Assembly (NCBI GenBank): GCA_045638265.1
Contig: JAZUBA010000077.1
Location: forward strand, 4,655-68,654
Reading direction: 5' to 3'
Length of the DNA stretch: 64,000 bases
From: Alphaproteobacteria bacterium
Lineage (GTDB): Bacteria > Pseudomonadota > Alphaproteobacteria > CAAHEQ01 > UBA3637
The notes beneath the pieces were generated by a model. That model did no database searches. It was not told the DNA's origin and saw nothing but the letters and a program-made list of their open reading frames with translations. The position numbers were made by a program, and so were the translations under genes. Shown in pieces: positions 1-9,506 of the stretch. How positions within the stretch are numbered: the first letter of the stretch is position 1; every line of letters starts with the position of its first letter.

Positions 1-1185
1 AATAACTTTACCACCCATCGGTGTTTGTTGTTGAGCCATTTTGACAGCTTCTTGCATTGAGTTAGCTGAGTATGCTTGAATATCCGCTTGTTCAGCCATT
101 TGTGCAATGCGTGTACCCGTATCAGGGAGCGTAATAAACAAAATCCTGTTTTTTAGCGTTCTTGCATAGTCAATTAGAGGTTCATAAATCTGACCTCGGT
201 CATATCCTCCAACTAATAATGTTAAATATCCGCCGTTATCATAAGCTTTTAAAGCAGCAATTGCCGATTCAGGTGTTGTTGAAATACTATCATCAATAAA
301 AGTTAAACCATTAAAAGTTCCCACATTTTGTAACCGATGCGGTAATGCATTCATCGTTTGAAATGCAGATTGTATAACTTTATCTGTTATCGTTTGATTG
401 AATAATTTTAACACCGTTAAAACAGCACAGGCATTTAAAGCATTGTGTTCACCTTTTAAGTTTAAAAAATCTATGGCAAATAAAGCGGTATCATTATCAA
501 AAAACAGTCCTTTTTCTAAATGAATTGTATTGAATGTGTTGAATTGATGCAGATTTTGAACGTTTATTAATTCAGATAATATTGTTTCGTTTGAACCGTT
601 AATAACGGCTTGTTCAGATAATTGAATCAATTTACATTTATCTTGATAATAATTATGATGTGATAAATGCCATTGTAAATGTTCGGGATACAAATTCAGC
701 AAAACGGCAATATCACATCCTTTTGTTAAACCGGCACATTGATAACTGGATAATTCCGCAACAACAATATCCGGTTCATCAAACAGCATTTCAATTAACG
801 GAATACCGATATTACCCGCCAGTTTTACTGTGAACCCACATTGGACAAGTGTGTGATAAAGTAAAGAAGATGTTGTGCTTTTTCCTTTTGTTCCCGTAAC
901 ACCAATGACTTTTGTCTGTTCAGATTTATTATGCAAAAATAAATCTGTTCCCGTTGTAAAGATAATACCTTGTTTTTGAGCTTGTTGTATTTCGGGACGG
1001 TATAAACTGACACCAGGGGAGGTTATGACAATATCACAGTTATTTAACACCGTTAAATTGTTATCATCAAACGACAAAACCGTTGCGGAGGGAACAAAAC
1101 GGTTAACAGCTTGCACAACTGCCAGTCCTTCACGACCCATCCCCCAAATACCAACGGTTTTATTTTGTAAGTCTAGCCATTTCAT
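1..1185 (-). CDS. murD: UDP-N-acetylmuramoylalanine--D-glutamate ligase MurD; the C-terminal end runs off the window start
   Basis: Manual reverse-strand translation from the ATG (complement of 1183-1185): MKWLDLQNKTVGIWGMGREGLAVV...; Mur-ligase P-loop GVTGTKGKSTTSSL; C-terminal IDDSISTTPES motif; AAGGA RBS upstream. Not in the ORF track because it is open to the window edge. Confidence 0.8.
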   Translation of the reverse strand, partial: MKWLDLQNKTVGIWGMGREGLAVVQAVNRFVPSATVLSFDDNNLTVLNNCDIVITSPGVSLYRPEIQQAQKQGIIFTTGTDLFLHNKSEQTKVIGVTGTKGKSTTSSLLYHTLVQCGFTVKLAGNIGIPLIEMLFDEPDIVVAELSSYQCAGLTKGCDIAVLLNLYPEHLQWHLSHHNYYQDKCKLIQLSEQAVINGSNETILSELINVQNLHQFNTFNTIHLEKGLFFDNDTALFAIDFLNLKGEHNALNACAVLTVLKLFNQTITDKVIQSAFQTMNALPHRLQNVGTFNGLTFIDDSISTTPESAIAALKAYDNGGYLTLLVGGYDRGQIYEPLIDYARTLKNRILFITLPDTGTRIAQMAEQADIQAYSANSMQEAVKMAQQQTPMGGKVI

Positions 1186-1202
1186 TAGTTAAATATCCTT
1201 AT

Positions 1203-2585
1203 TTATGAGCGAAATTTTTGTATGACTTCGGGTTCAATTTCCGATGGAATCAAATGTTCTTCCGACGGAGTAAATAAATTCGGCAAGTCATTAAAATTCT
1301 GTACCTGACACACAGAATCAATTAACGCCTGAATAACGGTGTCATTTTGCCATTGCGGTTGTTCACTTAACATCATAAAAGCACAACGGCTTTCTTCAAT
1401 TTCACCAACACACTCAAATGGTTTATGACCGCTTAATCCTAATAATTCTTTAAAGCCTTCCGTTTGTGTGTCATCATTTAATGGATTGGTTCCAACGTAA
1501 CGCACTAAAATCTCTTTATCAACAAAAGGAGCTAATATTAAAAAAACAAAGCGACACTTATCACAATTACCGCACCAACGTTCAAGGCGTTTTGTTTCGT
1601 CTAATTTAAACGCTTTATTGCAACTGGTAAAGACTGGAAAATAGGCTTGACATTCACAGGCAAATAAACGGGCAATAGCTATTTCGGATAATGGTCGTAA
1701 TAGTGAAAAATATCTGAAATCAGGCGTAATGGCTCGTGTTATCTCATAAAAATTTTGTTCAAATTCAAATGATTTACTGTATTGATGGTTTACCATCAAA
1801 TCACCCTGCATTAGATTGCCGTTATTGGCAGAGCGTTCACACGAGAGAGCAACATATTGATAATTGTACAAAACGGCAGAAGCCCATAACACAAAAGCTA
1901 ACATCCCCGTAATCGGAACATGACCGTTTTTAACAGTGCCGGATTGATTTAATTCAATCAGATGCGGAGATATTTTTCTTGTCAAAGCAATTGAATCTAA
2001 ACCGGAAACGTGTATACACTCTTGAATGGGACGGGGTAATCCAACAGAAATTGCCTGACAATCTAAACCAATTTTTTTCAATATTTCCAACGTCAGACAC
2101 GAATCTTTTCCACCGCCGACAGGAACAAGATAACGATTTTTTAAATCAGTGTTATGTTTTTTTGTTGTGCTTGCACCGTAAGGGAATGATATTTTTCCTT
2201 GTAAATTCATATTGTTACGGACGGCAAACTCGCCTAAACCATTTACATAGAACCGATTAAAAAAATCTGCCTGTGTTTTTGAAAGAACTCCGCTTTCAAT
2301 GATAATTGTTTCGGGACAAAACGTTTTGTAATAACTGATACCGAAGGCAATATGGGTTAAAAAGAAAATATCATTTAAAATGAACCGTTGTGATTCGGTT
2401 AAAGAAAATGGGATTTGGGGAAAATAAAGATGTTCTTCAAACGTATGCAGAACGGTGTTTCCCTCTGAAACGGCATAATTTAAGACCAAATCACCCGTTT
2501 GTTCGTTAAAATCATAACTTTTGTAATAAAAAACCTTGCACAAAATATTTTTTCCTTTTAAAATAACGTTTATCTTGTTATACAT
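1203..2585 (-). CDS. PP-loop (SGGxDS) ATP-pyrophosphatase-fold protein of unknown function; candidate MurL-like ATP-dependent epimerase
   Basis: Track ORF 1203..2624. The track start is GTG; the first ATG (MYNKINVIL) is at 2585. Motif LVPVGGGKDSCLTLEIL (PP-loop) and a CGNCDKC cysteine cluster. The gene is co-directional with murD and ends 17 nt upstream of it. Confidence 0.55.
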   Translation of the reverse strand: MYNKINVILKGKNILCKVFYYKSYDFNEQTGDLVLNYAVSEGNTVLHTFEEHLYFPQIPFSLTESQRFILNDIFFLTHIAFGISYYKTFCPETIIIESGVLSKTQADFFNRFYVNGLGEFAVRNNMNLQGKISFPYGASTTKKHNTDLKNRYLVPVGGGKDSCLTLEILKKIGLDCQAISVGLPRPIQECIHVSGLDSIALTRKISPHLIELNQSGTVKNGHVPITGMLAFVLWASAVLYNYQYVALSCERSANNGNLMQGDLMVNHQYSKSFEFEQNFYEITRAITPDFRYFSLLRPLSEIAIARLFACECQAYFPVFTSCNKAFKLDETKRLERWCGNCDKCRFVFLILAPFVDKEILVRYVGTNPLNDDTQTEGFKELLGLSGHKPFECVGEIEESRCAFMMLSEQPQWQNDTVIQALIDSVCQVQNFNDLPNLFTPSEEHLIPSEIEPEVIQKFRS

Positions 2586-2617
2586 CAAATTCAAAAAAAA
2601 GCAAAGGGAATTTACAG

Positions 2618-3295
2618 ATGACACAAAGAAAAAAAAGAACGGCAGGTTCCCGTTTAATCTTTTTATTGATTGTTTTATCCGTTTTTGGCATTTGCCATGT
2701 GATTTTAAGAGATTTTAATATGACTCCGGCAGAGTTGTTTGAAACGGCACAAACGGCACAAAAAAACGGGTCATATCGCAAAGCGGAACGTTATTATCTA
2801 CGGGCAACAACGGCAGGGAATCCGAATGTAGCCTTAACAGCTTCATATTATTTGGGAAATCTTTATCGTACAGGAGGCGATGGATTTCCGATTAATGGGC
2901 AAAAAGCCGAAATGTTTTTAGAACAGGCAGCCTTAAAAAATATGCCACAGGCACAATACGATTTAGCTCTCATGTATGATACAGGGGATAAAATTAAAGC
3001 CAATCGTGAAAAAGCCATTAAATTAATGCAATCAGCTGTTGACAATAATTATCCGGATGCCTTTTATAGTATGGCGGTCTGGATTGAACGGGGTTATTTA
3101 GGAAAACCCGATATGCAACAAGCAATCGCTCTTTATGAAAAAGCCGCTATTCAAGGAAATGTTTATGCCATGACAAGTTTAATAACTTTATATGGTGGTT
3201 CGGCAGAAGGTGTTGAACCTAATCCCGAACGGGCTTCATTTTGGAAAACGGCATTGACAGAAATTAATAATGCATTGAAACCAAAAAAGAAATAA
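2618..3295 (+). CDS. Sel1-like repeat (SLR) protein with an N-terminal membrane anchor
   Basis: Several ~36-aa Sel1 repeats with A..G..A.Y.LG..Y.G periodicity (ASYYLGNLYRTG, AQYDLALMYDTG, AFYSMAVWIERG). Hydrophobic N-terminus LIFLLIVLSVFGI. Confidence 0.7.
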   Translation: MTQRKKRTAGSRLIFLLIVLSVFGICHVILRDFNMTPAELFETAQTAQKNGSYRKAERYYLRATTAGNPNVALTASYYLGNLYRTGGDGFPINGQKAEMFLEQAALKNMPQAQYDLALMYDTGDKIKANREKAIKLMQSAVDNNYPDAFYSMAVWIERGYLGKPDMQQAIALYEKAAIQGNVYAMTSLITLYGGSAEGVEPNPERASFWKTALTEINNALKPKKK

Positions 3296-3329
3296 TAATT
3301 ACAATATAACAAAAAAGGAAGGGGAAACT

Positions 3330-5840
3330 ATGGAATTAAAATATCGTAAAGACTATGTTGCACCACATTATCAATTACCGTTAACGGAACTTGATTTTAC
3401 ATTGCATCCGACTCAAACCATTGTTAAGGCTAAATTACATTTTAAAGATGTGGATACATCTAAACCGTTGGTTTTAAACGGACAATATATGACTTTAAAC
3501 AAAATTGCCATTGACGGTGTTGCTGTTGATAAGTCTGATTACGCTTTATCGGATAAAGACTTAATTTTAAATCCGCAAACAGCTGATTTTGTTTTGGAAA
3601 CGGAAGTTGAAATCAATCCGCAGGAAAATACACGTTTAATGGGTTTATATGTATCAAATGGTATATTCTGTACCCAATGTGAACCGGAAGGTTTTCGCAA
3701 TATCACTTACTATCCCGATCATTCGGATGTGCCGAGTAAATATATCGTAACCATCCATGCAGACCGAAAAAAATATCCTGTCTTATTGTCCAACGGAAAC
3801 GTAATTAAAGACGAAGGAGATACAATCGTTTTTGAAGACCCTTACAATAAGCCTTGTTATTTATTTGCTCTTGTTGCCGGTGATTTAGACAGTATTGAAG
3901 ATACATATACCACAGGTTCAGGTAAAAACGTTGATTTACGGTTATATTGCGAACGAGGTAAAGCCGACAGATTGACATTTGCCATGAGTGCTTTAAAACG
4001 CTCTATGGCCTGGGATGAAAAAGTATTTAATTTAGAGTATGATTTAAACCGTTTCAGTATTGTTGCCGTTTCTCATTTCAATGCCGGTGCGATGGAAAAC
4101 AAATCATTAAATATTTTCAATGATGCGGCCTTGCTTGCCTCTCCTGATACAGCAACGGATGCCAGTTATGAATATATTGAACATGTGATTGCACACGAAT
4201 ATTTCCATAATTACAGCGGAGACCGAGTAACAGTACGCAGTTGGTTTGAACTCTCTTTAAAAGAAGGTTTTACGGTCTTCCGTGATTCTGAATACGGTTA
4301 TGATACATTCTCACGTGCCGTCAGTCGTATTGATGACGTTGCTCAATTACGAGCTTATCAATTCCCCGAAGATGACGGACCGTTGGCACATCCTGTCAGA
4401 CCGGATTCTTATCATGAAATTGAAAACTTTTATACAACAACCATTTATGAAAAAGGTGCCGAAGTTATCCGTATGCAAAAAGCCTTACTGGGTGAGGAAA
4501 AATTTATGCGGGGCTGTGCTTTATATTTTAAACGTCATGACGGACAAGCCGTTACCATTGATGATTTTGTCAAAGCAATGGAAGATGTTTCCCGTAGTTC
4601 TTTAATTCAATTTAAGCATTGGTATTCTATTGCCGGTCGCCCGAAAGTTAAAGTTGTTACAAAATACGAAGACGGTATTTATACTATTCGTTTAACACAA
4701 AAACACCCGAAAACACGTCGTCCGTTTGTTATTCCGATGCATTACGGTTTAGTCGGTAAAAAGGGTGAAGATTTAAAATCAGGGACACTTGTTTTATCTC
4801 AAAAATCACAAACATTTTCTTTTAATGTCCCTTATGAACCGGCTTTATCTCTTAATCGTTTCTTTACATCACCGATTGATTTAGAAATTCATCATAAAAA
4901 AGCCATGCGGTTGCATTTGATGACTTATGATTCTGATTTGTTCAACAGATATGATGTCGGTCATCAATATGCATTAGACAGTATGGTCAATATGTATGAA
5001 AAAGGCACAACGGAAGCTGATATGGAAGTTATTCATGCTCTGGGCGCTTATTTATCACAAAAGAACTTGGATAAAGCCTTTTTGGCACGAGCCATTGTCT
5101 TGCCGACAGAAGAAGAGATTTTTGAACGAGTAGAGGTTGCCGATGTCAAGCGAATTAAACAAATTCGTAATGCGATGCGTTTAGCTTTTGCCAAATTATA
5201 TGAAGATAAGTTGTTAAAATTATATCAGGATAATCAAATCAAAGGACCTTATGTGCCGGATAATGAATCATTTGCTAAACGGGCAATTAAAAATGTTGCT
5301 TTGGGATATCTGGCTTTGCTTGGATATTCAGATTTGGTTAAAAAACAATATGATGAAGCAAATAATTTAACTGATAGATTAAGTGCTTTAAACATCTTGG
5401 TTAACAATGATTTGGCTGGTGTGGATGACGCATTGGCTGATTTCTATCAACGTTATGAAAATGACGATTTGGTCTTAAATAAATGGTTTGCCGTACAAGC
5501 TCGCAACAGTGCCAAAAATACGTTGCCGATTGTGCGTGAATTATTACAACATCCGAAATTTGATCTGAAAAATCCGAATAAAGTACGGGGTGTATTAGGT
5601 GCTTTCAGTGGCAATTTAGAATATTTCCATTGTGAAGAAGGTTATCGTTTCTTTGCGGAACAAACAATGGCTGTTGACAAAATCAATCCGAATTTGGCAG
5701 CTCGTTTATTTACGGCATTTTCAAAATATCGTAAATTAGATGAAGCAACCAAATCATCTGCTCAAGCGGTGTTAAAAGAATTGGCATCGGATAAAAATTT
5801 ATCCTCGATTTCCCGTGAAACGATTGAACGGATGATTTAA
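3330..5840 (+). CDS. pepN: Aminopeptidase N (M1 family zinc metallopeptidase)
   Basis: 836 aa. GAMEN motif (NAGAMENKSLN) and HEXXH-X18-E zinc site (VIAHEYFHNYSGD...LKEGFTVF). GGAAGGGG RBS. Confidence 0.92.
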   Translation: MELKYRKDYVAPHYQLPLTELDFTLHPTQTIVKAKLHFKDVDTSKPLVLNGQYMTLNKIAIDGVAVDKSDYALSDKDLILNPQTADFVLETEVEINPQENTRLMGLYVSNGIFCTQCEPEGFRNITYYPDHSDVPSKYIVTIHADRKKYPVLLSNGNVIKDEGDTIVFEDPYNKPCYLFALVAGDLDSIEDTYTTGSGKNVDLRLYCERGKADRLTFAMSALKRSMAWDEKVFNLEYDLNRFSIVAVSHFNAGAMENKSLNIFNDAALLASPDTATDASYEYIEHVIAHEYFHNYSGDRVTVRSWFELSLKEGFTVFRDSEYGYDTFSRAVSRIDDVAQLRAYQFPEDDGPLAHPVRPDSYHEIENFYTTTIYEKGAEVIRMQKALLGEEKFMRGCALYFKRHDGQAVTIDDFVKAMEDVSRSSLIQFKHWYSIAGRPKVKVVTKYEDGIYTIRLTQKHPKTRRPFVIPMHYGLVGKKGEDLKSGTLVLSQKSQTFSFNVPYEPALSLNRFFTSPIDLEIHHKKAMRLHLMTYDSDLFNRYDVGHQYALDSMVNMYEKGTTEADMEVIHALGAYLSQKNLDKAFLARAIVLPTEEEIFERVEVADVKRIKQIRNAMRLAFAKLYEDKLLKLYQDNQIKGPYVPDNESFAKRAIKNVALGYLALLGYSDLVKKQYDEANNLTDRLSALNILVNNDLAGVDDALADFYQRYENDDLVLNKWFAVQARNSAKNTLPIVRELLQHPKFDLKNPNKVRGVLGAFSGNLEYFHCEEGYRFFAEQTMAVDKINPNLAARLFTAFSKYRKLDEATKSSAQAVLKELASDKNLSSISRETIERMI

Positions 5841-5870
5841 TCGGTTTAAAGTTGGTTCAAAAAATATGAA

Positions 5871-5899
5871 AACGGCAGGTGTTACGACTTGCCGTTTTT
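5871..5899 (+). terminator. Rho-independent terminator after pepN
   Basis: Hairpin CGGCAGG-tgttacga-CTTGCCG followed by TTTTT. Confidence 0.6.
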
Positions 5900-5911
5900 C
5901 TGTATGACATA

Positions 5912-5940
5912 TTGACAAATTATTGATTTTTGTGTAATAT
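5912..5940 (+). promoter_or_regulatory. Sigma70-type promoter (TTGACA-17-TAATAT) upstream of an ankyrin gene
   Basis: Consensus -35 TTGACA at 5912-5917, a 17-nt spacer, and -10 TAATAT at 5935-5940; about 25 nt upstream of the ATG at 5965. Confidence 0.45.
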
Positions 5941-5964
5941 TCACAATACGACTAAGAGGGATAT

Positions 5965-7083
5965 ATGTTAAATCAGTTTAAAACCGCTTTAAATAACAAA
6001 TTAAAAGAAAGTGAACATATTTATACGATGTCTCGGATAGCCTTTATGACGTTTCTATCCGAAACGACCACACACTATTGTCGTCAAAAAATATATAATC
6101 CTGATGATAAGAACAAAATTATGGCATATGTTCGGCAAATTTTAAAACAATATTCTGTTCATGTAGAAAGAAAACCGATTGATGTGATACATCAATTAGA
6201 CAAAGAAACATCTTATTACCAAAATCATCATGCTTTGTTGAAAGCCATTCAAAATAAAGATGAGAATTATATTACAGAACTGTTGAAAAACAATAAAAAC
6301 AATCAAATTCATCATGCCTTACAATGTGCCGTTTATACTGAAAATCTAAAAGCTGTGTCATTGATTTTTGAATATGGATTAACAACTGAAAAACAAAAAG
6401 CCAAATTTGCTAAACGATGTTTAAGACATGTTGTTCGTGTTGGTAGTAAAAAGATGTTAAAAATATTTTTAAGGTACTTGCCCCTTCTTGCTGATGATAA
6501 TGGTACAACACGTCCTTTGGTGTTTGAATTAACACAAAATAGTGGAAGAAGCACACTTATTGAACTGCTTGTTAACCACGGGATGAATGTTCATGCACGT
6601 AACAAACAAGGTGATACGGTTTTACATGCAGCAGCAAAATCAGATTATGCCTCTGATTTATATTATGTTATATCAGACTTGGTATACAGATACAAAGTCA
6701 ATATCAATGCAACCAACAATAACAAAGAAACACCGATATATTGTGCGGCCAATGTATGTGAGGATAATTCGGATGTGATTACTTCCTTATTTTTAGCCGG
6801 TGCCGAAATAAATCCAACCACGACGTGTCCACCGTTGTTTGGCGCTATTAGAGCAGGATCGCTTGATAATATAAATATTTTGTTGAAGTATACAGCCAAT
6901 CCAAAAGCCAGTTATAAAGGAGAAACCACATTGGATTGTTTTAATCAATTACATGAAGATACTTTTTCACCGTATGTACGAGCACAAATAATTAAGCTAT
7001 TTACACCTGAACCGGCTAAACCGACATTAATTCAACGGGCGAAAGGTATATGTCAATCTATTCAGAAAATTTTTACCCGATAA
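5965..7083 (+). CDS. Ankyrin-repeat protein
   Basis: Repeated G(D/E)T(V/P)LH..A / N..N..G.TP(I/L) ankyrin signatures (QGDTVLHAAAK, KETPIYCAA). Confidence 0.6.
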   Translation: MLNQFKTALNNKLKESEHIYTMSRIAFMTFLSETTTHYCRQKIYNPDDKNKIMAYVRQILKQYSVHVERKPIDVIHQLDKETSYYQNHHALLKAIQNKDENYITELLKNNKNNQIHHALQCAVYTENLKAVSLIFEYGLTTEKQKAKFAKRCLRHVVRVGSKKMLKIFLRYLPLLADDNGTTRPLVFELTQNSGRSTLIELLVNHGMNVHARNKQGDTVLHAAAKSDYASDLYYVISDLVYRYKVNINATNNNKETPIYCAANVCEDNSDVITSLFLAGAEINPTTTCPPLFGAIRAGSLDNINILLKYTANPKASYKGETTLDCFNQLHEDTFSPYVRAQIIKLFTPEPAKPTLIQRAKGICQSIQKIFTR

Positions 7084-7093
7084 AAGAATAAAA

Positions 7094-7127
7094 AAAGAAA
7101 GAAACCTGACAGATTTCTTTCTTTTAT
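7094..7127. terminator. Bidirectional hairpin terminator between convergent genes
   Basis: AGAAAGAAA-cctgacaga-TTTCTTTCT flanked by A-run and T-run tracts. Confidence 0.55.
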
Positions 7128-7144
7128 CGTTTAATGTCCAACGG

Positions 7145-9478
7145 TTATTTCGGATAACATCGGCCATTTCTGTATTCACGGTTCATACATTTTTGGCAAT
7201 ATTCTTCCGTTGTTTCAACTGAAATGGCAGTATTACAAGGATAACAATTATTATCTTTACCTAAAATTTTGTTGTTATCAGAACAATATTCACGAACGCA
7301 GTAACCATCATTTCCGGTTGTTTTATTCATTTTGCGATTAGGGCAAATTTCATTGCATAAGTGATAATCTCTTGGTTCATATATCCAAACATTAGCCGTT
7401 TCATCACAATCATGACAAACACCCCATACATCAGGTAGAGGTTTTCCTTTTGTGCCGTTTTCTTCACTGTTGCACGTTGGATAACATACACTATGTCCAG
7501 TCATGGAACGATTTGGGCAAGAAGCACAATTTGTTTCAGTTGCAAGATTGTTTGAATCATGATGTTTTGGAGGATATGTGCAAGACATACACGAACCATT
7601 TTTATTCATAAATTTACCACTGGAACAACTATTTAAAATACATTTGTCGCCTGATTTTTTTCTGATGTTAGGACATAAATTTTCACATGTATCTGTCAGT
7701 GCAACATTATAAATAATCCCGTCATAATCACAAGGGTAACATTTGCCGTCCGTTGCTAACAATGGTTTTTCAGGGTCGGTACATGGTTTGCGACAATAAC
7801 CGTCTCCTCCAGATCTGTCCATCACTCTATCAGGACAAATTTCTTTACACAAATGGTAATCTCTCGTATCATATATCCAAATTCCAGCGTCTTCATCACA
7901 ATCATGACAAATACCCCATACATCCGCCAACTTTTTACCTTTTGTGCCGTTTTCTTCATTATCACACGTTGGATAACATACACTATAACTATTCATAGAA
8001 CGATTTGAACAAGAGGAACAATTTGTTGCAGTAGTAAGATTGTTTGAATCTTGATTTTTAGGAGGATATGTACAAGAAATACATTTACCGGAATTATTCA
8101 TAAATTTACCGCTTGGACATGCGTTTAAAAGACATTTATCTCCCGATGTTTTTCTGATGTTAGGACATAAATTTTCACATGTATCTGTGAGTGCAACATT
8201 ATAGATGATTCCATCATAATCACACGGATAACATTTACCGTCTGTTGCTAACAAAGGTTTTGCCGGATCAGTACATGGTTTGCGACAATATCCGTCTCCT
8301 CCCGGTCTATCCATAACACGATTAGGACAAATTTCTTTACATTTGTAATAATCTTTTGTCTCATACATCCAAATACCAGCATTCTCTTCGCATGAATAAC
8401 ATATGCCAAAAACATTTGCTAAAGGCTTACCTTTTGTTCCATTTTCTTCACTATCGCAAGTCGGATAACAAGCACCCCAATTATTACGGGTACGGTTTGG
8501 ACAAGAGGCACAATGTGTTGCTGTTGCCTTGTGATTTTCTGTGTTTGCTGTCGCTGGATATGTACAAGAACGGCAAATACCATGTATTGATGTAAACGTA
8601 CCTGTTCCGCATTCTAAATGGCAATATGATCCTTCTAAAATTCTATTTTCACATAAATCTGTGCATAATTTTGTGTTTGCCATAAGAAAACTGGATGTTT
8701 CATCGCAACTATGACAACCACCGTATTTGTCTACAATCGGTTTGTCTTCAGGACAACAGGTGCCGTTTTTATCACAACACTTACCTTCAGGTGATACAAA
8801 TGAACAACAGTATTGACCCGCAACATAATCTGTCGGACAACAAACTCTGTTACGTGGATTATTATAATCAATGGAGCATTTTTCTCCCACGGCACAATAT
8901 GTTTCACAAATTCCTGTTTCGGTATTACACGTTCCGCAGTAACAATCGTTGGTATGATTACACCGTTGTAATTCGTGACGGTCTTCTTCCGCCAAATCTG
9001 TTTCGCCCAACAAATCTTCATGAAATTCATAAGCAATCGTAACTGTTTCAGTATCATCACAAATAGAAACATCTCCCTCATATCGTTTAATATTAACAAA
9101 TGTTGAAAACGGCAAAGTCCAATTTGACTGTAAAATTTGTTTACAAACATCAGAGGGTACATCAGATACAAACATTTCAAAGAAATCAACATATTGCGGA
9201 TGTGTACGTGCTGTTATGGGATAACCCGAACGTGTTACATTGCCCATTTCCATATCTATTATGCCGACAAAATTACTTTCAATGATTTGATCCATTCGTT
9301 GTGAGATATCATGAGCCCGAATATTAAGTTCATTTATTGTTTCATTAGCATTGTATTTATTAAAAGCATAACGATAACCTTGAATTGCACCGATAGATAA
9401 CACACCAACAACAGCCAAAACACCCAGCATTTCAACCATTGATCTTCCCAATTCGTTGATTTTAAAAGCTTTTCTCAT
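7145..9478 (-). CDS. Giant cysteine-rich secreted or surface protein with a type IV pilin-like (class III) N-terminal leader and three internal tandem repeats
   Basis: N-terminus MRKAFKINELG|RSMVEMLGVLAVVGVLSIGAIQGY has the G(-1)/E(+5) prepilin-like pattern followed by a hydrophobic helix. About 100 Cys residues in CxxC/CC/CxC clusters and many NxS/T sites. Three ~195-aa repeats (YP..N..ATNC.SC.NR...CYPTC..EENGTKGK.L...). Confidence 0.6.
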   Translation of the reverse strand: MRKAFKINELGRSMVEMLGVLAVVGVLSIGAIQGYRYAFNKYNANETINELNIRAHDISQRMDQIIESNFVGIIDMEMGNVTRSGYPITARTHPQYVDFFEMFVSDVPSDVCKQILQSNWTLPFSTFVNIKRYEGDVSICDDTETVTIAYEFHEDLLGETDLAEEDRHELQRCNHTNDCYCGTCNTETGICETYCAVGEKCSIDYNNPRNRVCCPTDYVAGQYCCSFVSPEGKCCDKNGTCCPEDKPIVDKYGGCHSCDETSSFLMANTKLCTDLCENRILEGSYCHLECGTGTFTSIHGICRSCTYPATANTENHKATATHCASCPNRTRNNWGACYPTCDSEENGTKGKPLANVFGICYSCEENAGIWMYETKDYYKCKEICPNRVMDRPGGDGYCRKPCTDPAKPLLATDGKCYPCDYDGIIYNVALTDTCENLCPNIRKTSGDKCLLNACPSGKFMNNSGKCISCTYPPKNQDSNNLTTATNCSSCSNRSMNSYSVCYPTCDNEENGTKGKKLADVWGICHDCDEDAGIWIYDTRDYHLCKEICPDRVMDRSGGDGYCRKPCTDPEKPLLATDGKCYPCDYDGIIYNVALTDTCENLCPNIRKKSGDKCILNSCSSGKFMNKNGSCMSCTYPPKHHDSNNLATETNCASCPNRSMTGHSVCYPTCNSEENGTKGKPLPDVWGVCHDCDETANVWIYEPRDYHLCNEICPNRKMNKTTGNDGYCVREYCSDNNKILGKDNNCYPCNTAISVETTEEYCQKCMNREYRNGRCYPK
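7150..8600 (-). repeat. Three intragenic tandem repeats of ~585 bp (high DNA identity) inside the Cys-rich gene
   Basis: Near-identical DNA blocks, e.g. ~7670-7830 vs ~8150-8310 (tttctgatgttaggacataaattttcacatgtatctgt...ggtttgcgacaata...ccgtctcctcc). Confidence 0.7.
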
Positions 9479-9506
9479 TGATAACCCCCATTAAATATAT
9501 GAATAA

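Noticed and set aside
825-1013. Small ORFs embedded in or antisense to long genes (e.g. 825..1013, 1979..2260, 4282..4605, 6333..6899, 7753..9285 set, 16124..16318, 23043..23566, 24592..26797 set, 35591..35806, 39870..40166, 45852..46715 set, 51531..51986, 58251..58661)
   Set aside because: All lie within or opposite well-supported long ORFs, lack an RBS and show AT-rich-frame composition. They are treated as spurious.
2536-2781. Overlapping short ORFs (2536..2718 +, 2578..2781 -) and the GTG start at 2624 for the PP-loop gene
   Set aside because: The divergent intergenic region between the Sel1 gene (ATG 2618) and the PP-loop gene is only ~30 nt if the first ATG (2585) is used. The short ORFs are AT-rich read-through of this promoter region.
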